Below are positions 9,816-17,090 of a DNA stretch of 63,266 nt, piece after piece. The notes beneath the pieces are model-generated. The model saw only the letters and a list, made by a program, of their open reading frames with translations, was not told the origin of the DNA and made no database searches. The first letter of the stretch is position 1. Every line of letters starts with the position of its first letter. The position numbers and the translations under genes were made by a program. Origin of the DNA: an uncultured Klebsiella sp. (GTDB lineage: Bacteria; Pseudomonadota; Gammaproteobacteria; Pseudomonadales; UBA5518); contig CAZSYV010000004.1 of NCBI GenBank assembly GCA_964610955.1, positions 2,596 to 65,861 of the forward strand. The letters run 5' to 3'.

Positions 9816-10044
9816 GGGATTGCCGGTTCAGCCCCCTTGATTCGGGATCGCGAAAGCTTAAGGCCTGTCAGCAGCATGGCAATGACAATAAGGATCGCCG
9901 CCGGTTAACAATAGAAGTCAGCAGCAGGTGGGGGAAACCACTGTCTGGCTTTCCGCAGGGGTGGCTGCGCACATAAGATAGCCGCGGTTTCGTGCTGTGT
10001 CTGCCGCCGGCGTTTCGCTGCCAGGGCACGATTGAGGATTGACT

Positions 10045-11607
10045 ATGTCATCGATGATCGAATCACTGTTGCGCCCCGGCGCGTTTCCAGGCTGCGCGCA
10101 GGCCGCACGGCTGATCGAGACACATATCTCCTGGGTGCTGCTTGCCGGGGAGTTCGCGTACAAGATCAAGAAGCCGGTGAATCTGGGTTTTCTCGATTAT
10201 TCGACGCCTGCGCGGCGCCATCGCTTCTGTGAGGAGGAACTGCGCGTCAACCGGCGTTATGCGCCGCAGCTCTATCTGGACGTGGTTGCAATAACCGCGG
10301 GTGATTCGGGTGCGGAAATCGCCGGATCCGGGCCGGTGCTCGATCATGCCGTGCGCATGCGGCGGTTCCCCGATGATGCGCTGCTCAGTGAGGTGGTGGC
10401 GCGTGGGCCGGTCGATATCGCGCTCTGGCACCAGCTTGGCGTCGATGTTGCGGCGGTACATGCCGAGCTTCCGCACGCTGGACCCGAGTACGAGGATGGG
10501 CGCGGGACGCCGCCGCAGTTGCGCGATGCGGTGCATCAGAATTTCCGTCAGACCCGTCCTTTCCTGCGTCGTGATGATGACATCGCTCTGCTCAATCGTC
10601 TCGAGGAGCTGGCGTGGGTTGCCTGCAAGGCACATGAGCGCCGGCTCTGGGAGCGCTACGAGAACGGCTGGGTACGCGAGTGTCATGGCGATCTGCACCT
10701 GGGCAATATCGTGCTGACCGAGGGCCGTGCGATCGCCTTCGATGCCATCGAGTTCAACCCGGCACTGAGCTGGATCGACCTGATGAACGAGCTTGCCTTC
10801 CTCGTCATGGACTGCGAGAGCCGTGGCGTCGCCGAGGGTGGCTTCGTGGCACTGAACGCGTGGCTCGAACACACGGGCGACTACGCAGGGCTCGAGTTGC
10901 TGGACTTCTTCTGCGCCTATCGCGCGATGGTGCGAGCGAAGGTCGCTGCGCTGCGTGTCGGGCGCCCACCGCTTGTCGAGGGATCACCCGCACACGGTGA
11001 ATGCCGTCGCTACCTCGAGCTGACCGCACGCTACACCGGGACACGCCGCCCGTTTCTCGCGATCACCTGCGGTGTGTCGGGCTCGGGCAAGTCGACGCTT
11101 GCGGAGAGGCTGCTCGGTAGCGCGCGGGCGATCCGGGTGCGCTCCGATGTCGAACGCAAGCGGCTGTTCGGAATTCCCCCACAGGGCGACAGCCGTGCGC
11201 TGCCTGCGGGTGAGGGACTCTACAGTGCCGAGGCCAGCCGGCGTACCTTCGCACGCCTGGCGCAGCTCGCGAGAGACATCATTGGCCATGGCTTGCCGGT
11301 GATCGTCGATGCGACATTCATCCAGCGTGCGCATCGCGACGACTTCCGCCAGCTTGCGCACCAGCTTGGTGTCCCGTTCCATATCCTGCTGTGTGATGCA
11401 CCACGTGCGGAACTGGAGCGGCGCGTGCGTGCGCGCAGTGCGGCGCGCAACGATCCCTCAGAGGCGGATGTCGATGTGCTCGCGGCACAGCTTGCCCGGG
11501 CCGAGCTTCCCGATCCCTTGACCGAGCCGGAAACCCTGGTCGCGGCGGGTATCGACGCACTGACGGTAGAGGCTCTGTCGGCACGCCTTGTTCGCGCCGA
11601 GGCGTGA
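10045..11607 (+). CDS. Bifunctional aminoglycoside-phosphotransferase-like / P-loop (AAA_33) kinase
   Basis: 'IETHISWVLL..AYKIKKPV..GFLDY', 'RECHGDLHLGNI', 'FDAIEFN', Walker A 'GVSGSGKST', 'VIVDATF'. Confidence 0.9.
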   Translation: MSSMIESLLRPGAFPGCAQAARLIETHISWVLLAGEFAYKIKKPVNLGFLDYSTPARRHRFCEEELRVNRRYAPQLYLDVVAITAGDSGAEIAGSGPVLDHAVRMRRFPDDALLSEVVARGPVDIALWHQLGVDVAAVHAELPHAGPEYEDGRGTPPQLRDAVHQNFRQTRPFLRRDDDIALLNRLEELAWVACKAHERRLWERYENGWVRECHGDLHLGNIVLTEGRAIAFDAIEFNPALSWIDLMNELAFLVMDCESRGVAEGGFVALNAWLEHTGDYAGLELLDFFCAYRAMVRAKVAALRVGRPPLVEGSPAHGECRRYLELTARYTGTRRPFLAITCGVSGSGKSTLAERLLGSARAIRVRSDVERKRLFGIPPQGDSRALPAGEGLYSAEASRRTFARLAQLARDIIGHGLPVIVDATFIQRAHRDDFRQLAHQLGVPFHILLCDAPRAELERRVRARSAARNDPSEADVDVLAAQLARAELPDPLTEPETLVAAGIDALTVEALSARLVRAEA

Positions 11608-11635
11608 TGCGTTCTCTTCCGTCCCTGTCGTACCT

Positions 11636-12292
11636 TCAAACCCGCTGCGCCGTCGCGGCCGAGGTGGAGCGTGCGTGGATCGTCAACGCGGTTTCCATGA
11701 ACTCGTGCTGCAGTGTGCCGACGTGTGGCGCCACCAGTGAGAGCACCTGCAGCACACCGTCGTGGATGAGGGTTTCCTCTCCTGCGCTGCGCTCGCCCAT
11801 GAGGTTGTCGAAGTTGAACCAGTAGGTGATCGTGAGCGTGATGGTGCGTGCGAGCAGCACGATCTGCCCGTCCTCGATCTCCATGATGCCGGCGTCACGC
11901 AACTGGGTGCAGATTGCGTGTGCGGCATCGCGCTTCATGTGCAGCAGGCGACGGAACGGCCGGCGGATGTGATCGTAGCGCTGCAGCAGCAGCGAGATGT
12001 TGCGATACAGGAATCGATAGGCGTGGATGTGTTCGAACACCACGACCAGATAGAACCAGTTGTCCTCCAGGCGCAGCGGGTTCTGCACCGGTGCGCGCAG
12101 GATCACGTTGAACTGTTCATAGAAGCGCGCAAACAGCTCGCCGACCAGTTCTTCCTTGCCCTTGAAATGGTAGTAGAGGTTGCCGGGACTGATATCGAGC
12201 TCGTTGGCGATATCGACGCTGGTGACGTTCGGTTCACCCTCGCGGTTGAAGAGCTCGAGGCTCACCTGGATGATGCGGTCGCGTGTTTTCAT
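11636..12292 (-). CDS. phaD: TetR/AcrR regulator, PhaD-like
   Basis: 'MKTRDRIIQVSLELFNREGEPNVTSVDIANELDISPGNLYYHFKGKE' closely follows Pseudomonas PhaD as recalled; divergent from a phasin. Confidence 0.8.
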   Translation of the reverse strand: MKTRDRIIQVSLELFNREGEPNVTSVDIANELDISPGNLYYHFKGKEELVGELFARFYEQFNVILRAPVQNPLRLEDNWFYLVVVFEHIHAYRFLYRNISLLLQRYDHIRRPFRRLLHMKRDAAHAICTQLRDAGIMEIEDGQIVLLARTITLTITYWFNFDNLMGERSAGEETLIHDGVLQVLSLVAPHVGTLQHEFMETALTIHARSTSAATAQRV

Positions 12293-12303
12293 CGGGGCGA
12301 ACA

Positions 12304-12313
12304 TTACTAGTAT
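12304..12313. promoter_or_regulatory. Palindrome TACTAGTA with overlapping divergent -10-like hexamers
   Basis: TTACTAGTAT in the 59-bp phaD/phasin gap: TAGTAT on the + strand and TAGTAA on the - strand. Confidence 0.4.
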
Positions 12314-12351
12314 GCTGTGCCACATTCCAGTGTCGTGCGGAGGCAGTGTCG

Positions 12352-13065
12352 ATGGCGAAGCCAGCCAGCGGAAAGGAACGAAGGAGCGGCGGGGCGGGGG
12401 CACGCGCAGGCAGGAAGGCGGGCGCCGAAACAGTCTCACGCAAGGCGAAGGACCAGGAGGGCGGTGAAACGACCGCACGCAAGATCTGGCTTGCCGGACT
12501 GGGTGCCTATGGCAAGAGCCTGGAGGATGCACACGAGCACATCGACAAGGCGAGCCAGGATGCCTCCAGGTTCTTCCACGACCTCGTCGACAAGGGACAG
12601 ACGATCGAAGAGCAGGGCCGCGAGGCGATCCGCGGTCGCATCAGCGAGGCACGCGAGAAGATTTCCGGTGCACGCGAGCGCATCAGCGAGGCTGCCGGCG
12701 CCAATACGCCTTCGGTCGAGGACATGATCGGCCGGGTGCGTCAGCGACTCGGCTTCGGTGATGATCCCGTCCAGGGGCGGCTCGACAACCTGGCGAAACA
12801 GGTGAATTCACTCGCACGCGCAGTCAGCGGGTTGACACGCCGGCGCAGCGCTGCAAAGGCCACCGGCGATGCGGAGAAGGAGGGTCGATCAGGTGGTGCG
12901 GGCGCGGCCGAGCGCACAGCGACGAAGCCTTCCCGAGGTGCGGCGCGCAAGGCAAAGGCACGAGCCAGGCCACAGGCGGGCGCAGAGCAGGTCACGGACG
13001 CAGGACGATCGGAGGGCGCCACCAGACCTCGCGAAACGGGGGCGCCGCGCAGGGGCAGCCGCTGA
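12352..13065 (+). CDS. Phasin-family (PhaF/PhaI-like) granule-associated protein with basic low-complexity tail
   Basis: 'ARKIWLAGLGAY..', 'SRFFHDLVDKG', 'RLDNLAKQVNSL', followed by an Ala/Arg/Lys-rich C-terminus. Confidence 0.85.
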   Translation: MAKPASGKERRSGGAGARAGRKAGAETVSRKAKDQEGGETTARKIWLAGLGAYGKSLEDAHEHIDKASQDASRFFHDLVDKGQTIEEQGREAIRGRISEAREKISGARERISEAAGANTPSVEDMIGRVRQRLGFGDDPVQGRLDNLAKQVNSLARAVSGLTRRRSAAKATGDAEKEGRSGGAGAAERTATKPSRGAARKAKARARPQAGAEQVTDAGRSEGATRPRETGAPRRGSR

Positions 13066-13082
13066 GCGAGATCGCCCGGTGT

Positions 13083-13856
13083 TCAGGGGGCTGTCGATGC
13101 GCTCAGGAAGGCGGGCGCCTCGCCGCCGCCGTGCACCGTGATTGCTGCGCCCGAGATGTAACTGGCCAGGGGTGATGCCAGGAACAGGCAGGTGTTGCCA
13201 ATGTCGGCGGGTACCGCCATGCGACCGAGCGGGATGGTGCGCCCGACTGCCGCGATTCCCTCGTCGTCACCGTAGTGCAGATGCGACTGTTCGGTCTGCA
13301 CCAGGCCGGCGATCACGGCGATGACACGCACCTTGGGTGCCCACTCGACGGCGAGCGAGTTGGTCAGGTTGACCAGCCCGGCCTTGGCTGCCCCGTAGGC
13401 AGCTGTCCCCGGTGAGGGACGAATCGCACTTACGCTGGCGATATTGATGATCGTGCCGCCCGTGTCCTGGCGCTGCATCACGCGGTTTGCGACCTGGGCG
13501 AAGTTGAGCGGCGCGAGCAGGTTGAGTCGGATGATCGATTCGGAGAAGCGCGGCGAGGCAGTCGCTGCATCGGCGTTCGGCGCGCCACCGGCGTTGTTGA
13601 CCAGCACGTCGATGCGACCGTAGTGGCTGACCATTGCATCGACGCAGGCGACGATCTGATCGTAGTCGCGCACGTCGGTCTGCCAGAAGCTGGCCTCGTT
13701 TCCTGCGCATGCGATCGGCTGTTCGGGTGCCGTGCGACCGACGATCGCCACCTGTGCCCCGGCTTCGAGGAAGCAGCGGCTGATTCCCGCGCCGACGCCT
13801 TTGGCGCCCCCGGTCACGATCACCACCTTGCCGTGCATGTTCAGCCTGTCCTGCAT
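13083..13856 (-). CDS. SDR-family oxidoreductase, Rv3549c-like (steroid C/D-ring cluster type)
   Basis: TGGAKGVG, NNAGG, YGAAK; 'RPSPGTAAYGAAKAGL.NLT.SLAVEWAPKVRV' and C-terminal 'VHGGGEAP' resemble M. tuberculosis Rv3549c as recalled. Confidence 0.85.
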   Translation of the reverse strand: MQDRLNMHGKVVIVTGGAKGVGAGISRCFLEAGAQVAIVGRTAPEQPIACAGNEASFWQTDVRDYDQIVACVDAMVSHYGRIDVLVNNAGGAPNADAATASPRFSESIIRLNLLAPLNFAQVANRVMQRQDTGGTIINIASVSAIRPSPGTAAYGAAKAGLVNLTNSLAVEWAPKVRVIAVIAGLVQTEQSHLHYGDDEGIAAVGRTIPLGRMAVPADIGNTCLFLASPLASYISGAAITVHGGGEAPAFLSASTAP

Positions 13857-13903
13857 GGGTTCCTCCGAAAATTCGGCATTTCACTTGCGACGCCGCTTGC
13901 GTC

Positions 13904-13923
13904 TAGAATGGCGCGCCATTATA
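13904..13923. promoter_or_regulatory. Back-to-back -10 elements around a perfect 14-bp palindrome
   Basis: TAGAAT (+, 13904-13909) and TATAAT (-, 13923-13918) flank AATGGCGCGCCATT (13907-13920) between the SDR and the F420 operon. Confidence 0.5.
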
Positions 13924-13989
13924 GCCACAGGCACGACGGTTCATGATGACCATGCACGCGGCGGCCGACACTGACACAGGGGAAGATGC

Positions 13990-14682
13990 ATGAGCGAAGC
14001 GAAGGTCTCGAGGAAGATCGCGATTCTGGGTGGTACCGGAGCACTCGGCACCGGTCTCGTACGACGCTGGACGCATGCCGGGCACTCCGTGATCATCGGC
14101 TCGCGCACGCTGGAGAAGGCGCAGGCGGCACTTGCAGACCTGCAGCAGACCATGGGCGAGTGGGGAGCTGCCGACTTCGATGTTGCAGCGATGGAAAACC
14201 TCGAGGCTGCGCGTGCTGCCGACATCGTCGTGCTGACGGTGCCCTTCGCGCACCAGAAGTCGACACTCGAACACGTGCGCCCCGCACTCGAGGGCAAGAT
14301 TCTCGTCGATGTGACCGTGCCGCTGGTGCCGCCCAAGGTCGGCACGGTGCAGATGCCACCGGAAGGCTCTGCGGGTGCTGCGGCGCAGTTGCTTCTTGGG
14401 GATGGGGTGCGAGTGGTGTCGGCGTTCCAGAATGTCGCTGCCTACCACCTGCAGGAGGGCCATGGCATCGCCTGTGATGTGCTGGTCAGCGGCAATGACA
14501 AGGAGGCGCGCCAGGAGGTGATCGGCCTGGTCGAGGCCTGCGGGATGCGCGGTTTCCATGCCGGACCGATCGCGAACTCTGCGGCGGCGGAGGCGCTGAC
14601 CTCGGTCATCATCAACATCAACCGGGCGTTCAAGTGCCATGCGGGAATCCGCATTACCGGGATCGAAGACCACGGTGAGTGA
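13990..14682 (+). CDS. npdG: NADPH-dependent F420 reductase (Fno)
   Basis: 'IAILGGTGALGTGL..RW..AGH.VIIGSR..EKA', 'VVLTVPF', 'VVSAFQNV', 'ALTSVII.IN'. Confidence 0.92.
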   Translation: MSEAKVSRKIAILGGTGALGTGLVRRWTHAGHSVIIGSRTLEKAQAALADLQQTMGEWGAADFDVAAMENLEAARAADIVVLTVPFAHQKSTLEHVRPALEGKILVDVTVPLVPPKVGTVQMPPEGSAGAAAQLLLGDGVRVVSAFQNVAAYHLQEGHGIACDVLVSGNDKEARQEVIGLVEACGMRGFHAGPIANSAAAEALTSVIININRAFKCHAGIRITGIEDHGE

Positions 14683-15436
14683 CACGCTGCAGCTGATACC
14701 GCTGACCGGGCTGCCGCTGGTCGAGCCCGGTGACGACGTGGCTGCGCTGCTGATCGATGCGGTGCAGCGGCTTGCTGGCGGCCTGCGTGACGGCGACCTG
14801 CTGGTGATCGCGCAGAAGATCATTTCCAAGGCCGAGGGACGCTATGTCGACCTGCGTGAGGTCGTGCCGTCGCAGCGCGCACTCGAACTCGCGGGTCCGG
14901 CCGACAAGGACCCGCGGCTGATCGAAGTGATCCTCGAGGAATCGAGCGAGGTGCTGCGCCAGCGGCCAGGGGCGCTGATCGTCGAGCACCGCCTTGGCTA
15001 CGTGCATGCAAACGCGGGCGTCGACCGCTCCAATGTCGCGGATCCGAACAAGGTGCTGTTGTTGCCCCTGGATCCCGATGCCAGCGCACGACGCCTGCGC
15101 GAGCGTGCGAGCCAGGCGACGGGTGCGACGGTCTCGGTGATCATCAACGACTCGGCAGGCCGGCCGTGGCGCAACGGCATCATCGGTTTCGCGATTGGCT
15201 GCGCGGGTTTTCGACCGGTGGTGAACCGGATCGGGGCACCGGATCTGTTCGGACGCAAGCTCGAGATCACCGAGATTGCCGTGGCCGACGAGCTTGCTGC
15301 AGCGGCGTCGTTCGTGATGGGGCAGGCCGACGAGTCAATCCCGGCGGTGCTGGTGCGTGGCGCCGCGCTCGAGCCTTCGAACGAGGGCATGGGGGCGCTG
15401 CTGCGTGCGCGCGAGCATGACCTGTTCCGGCAGTGA
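14675..15436 (+). CDS. cofE: Coenzyme F420-0:L-glutamate ligase (single domain)
   Basis: 'GLPLVEPGDD', 'GDLLVIAQKIISKAEGR', 'ANAGVDRSN', 'DS.GRPWR.G', 'VADELAAAA..VMGQ.DE'; GTG start overlaps the npdG stop. Confidence 0.93.
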   Translation: MSDTLQLIPLTGLPLVEPGDDVAALLIDAVQRLAGGLRDGDLLVIAQKIISKAEGRYVDLREVVPSQRALELAGPADKDPRLIEVILEESSEVLRQRPGALIVEHRLGYVHANAGVDRSNVADPNKVLLLPLDPDASARRLRERASQATGATVSVIINDSAGRPWRNGIIGFAIGCAGFRPVVNRIGAPDLFGRKLEITEIAVADELAAAASFVMGQADESIPAVLVRGAALEPSNEGMGALLRAREHDLFRQ

Positions 15437-16380
15437 ACACGACACGGCACGTCCTGGCGATCTCGGGGGGGGTTGGCGGTGCCAAGCTCGCCAGCGGACT
15501 CGCTGCGGTGCTTGCGCCGCAGGAACTGCTGATCGCTGCAAACACCGGTGACGATTTCGAACACCTTGGTCTGACCGTCTGCCCCGACCTGGACACGCTG
15601 GTGTACACGCTCGCCGGCTGTGCCGACCCGATTCGCGGCTGGGGGCTTGCGGGAGAGAGCTGGAACTGTCTGGAATCGCTTGTCCGGCTGGGCGGGCCCG
15701 ACTGGTTTCGTCTTGGGGATCGTGATCTGGCGATGCACCTGCGCCGCAGCGCACTGCTGCAGGCTGGCTACACCCTGAGTGAGCTGACGGCCGAACTGGC
15801 AGCTGCGCTTGGGGTGCGTCATGCGATCGTGCCGATGAGCGATGCACCGGTGCGCACCCTGGTCGACACCGAGCGCGGCACATTTGCCTTCCAGGAGTAC
15901 TTCGTGCGCGAACGCTGTGAGCCCGGGGTGCGCGCACTGCGCTATTCTGGAGCCGAGCATGCACAGCCGGCGCCCGTGCTGCGCGACTGGGTGATCGATC
16001 GGCAACCGTTGGTTGTCGTGTGTCCTTCCAATCCCTATCTCAGCATCGATCCCATACTTGCGGTCTCCGGCATGCGCGCGCTGCTGGAGCCGCTGACCGT
16101 GGTTGCAGTCTCTCCGATCGTCGGCGGCAGGGCGATCAAGGGGCCAGCAGCGAAGATGATGGCGGAGCTCGGCGTGCCCGTGTCGGCCCTCGAGGTCGCC
16201 AGGCATTATCAGGGGCTGTTGCAGGCGTTCGTGATCGATCGCGAGGACGAAGTGCACGCCGATGCGATCACTGCATTCGGCATGCGGGTACTGGTCACCG
16301 ACACCGTGATGCGAGTGGACGCGGATCGTGAACGTCTGGCACGCGAGTTGCTGCAGTTCATGCCAGGGCAGGCGCAATGA
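15433..16380 (+). CDS. cofD: 2-phospho-L-lactate transferase (CofD/FbiA)
   Basis: 'SGGVGGAKL', 'NTGDDF..GL.VCPDLDTL.YTLAG', 'WF.LGDRDLA', 'PSNPYLSI.PIL', 'VSPIVGGRAIKGPAAKMM'. Confidence 0.95.
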   Translation: MNTTRHVLAISGGVGGAKLASGLAAVLAPQELLIAANTGDDFEHLGLTVCPDLDTLVYTLAGCADPIRGWGLAGESWNCLESLVRLGGPDWFRLGDRDLAMHLRRSALLQAGYTLSELTAELAAALGVRHAIVPMSDAPVRTLVDTERGTFAFQEYFVRERCEPGVRALRYSGAEHAQPAPVLRDWVIDRQPLVVVCPSNPYLSIDPILAVSGMRALLEPLTVVAVSPIVGGRAIKGPAAKMMAELGVPVSALEVARHYQGLLQAFVIDREDEVHADAITAFGMRVLVTDTVMRVDADRERLARELLQFMPGQAQ

Positions 16381-17090
16381 GCATCGATGCACTCTGGGTT
16401 CTCGTGCCGCTGAAGAACCTCGACAGGGCAAAGGAGCGCCTGGCGAGAGTGCTCGATCCGCACGAGCGTCGCGAGTTGGTCGGGGCGATGGCGCGCGACG
16501 TGCTGGACGCGTTGCTCGGCGTTCCCCTGGCTGCAGGGCAGATCGTGCTGGTGTCCGACGATGCCGATGTTGCGGCGCTCGCACACGAGTTCGGTACGGG
16601 GATCCTGCGGCCTCGCCCGCTGATGCAGGATCCGCTGAACGCGGCGCTCGCCGAGGCGACCGACCACGTATTGCGGTGCGGTGCCAGGCATGTGCTGGTG
16701 CTGCACGCGGATCTGCCGTGTGCCACATCCGCGGAGCTCCGCGCGCTGATCGCGGGGCACCAGACACGCCTTGTCGATGACCGTGGCGCACATGCCACGC
16801 TGGTCAGTGATCGCGCGGGATCCGGTACCAACTGCCTGTTGAGCTCTCCTCCGGCAGCGTTCCCGTACCGCTTCGGTGCTGGCAGCCGGCGGCTGCACCA
16901 CGAGGCTGGCGCGACAGCGGGAGTCGTGATTGCCGAGTTCGACGCCGATGGCCTGCGACGCGATATCGATGAGCCGGCGGAGCTGGCCGAGCTTGTGGCC
17001 ACCCTGCAAAGTCTCCAGAATGGCTGCGGAGCGCACACCGCACGGTTGCTGCTGCGCCTGCGCCCACCGCCTTCACCAGATCGAGGTTGA
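16377..17090 (+). CDS. cofC: 2-phospho-L-lactate/PEP guanylyltransferase (CofC/FbiD)
   Basis: 'VPLK.L..AKERLA.VL...ER..LV.AMARDVL', 'LNAAL', 'HADLP', 'GSGTN', 'FG..S', 'DID'. Confidence 0.92.
   Translation: MSIDALWVLVPLKNLDRAKERLARVLDPHERRELVGAMARDVLDALLGVPLAAGQIVLVSDDADVAALAHEFGTGILRPRPLMQDPLNAALAEATDHVLRCGARHVLVLHADLPCATSAELRALIAGHQTRLVDDRGAHATLVSDRAGSGTNCLLSSPPAAFPYRFGAGSRRLHHEAGATAGVVIAEFDADGLRRDIDEPAELAELVATLQSLQNGCGAHTARLLLRLRPPPSPDRG

Noticed and set aside
9840-9900. Partial resemblance to a c-di-GMP-I riboswitch (GCGAAAGC..GGCCT..ATGGC)
   Set aside because: It lacks the GGxAAAC/GAAA tetraloop arm and the closing P1 pairing.
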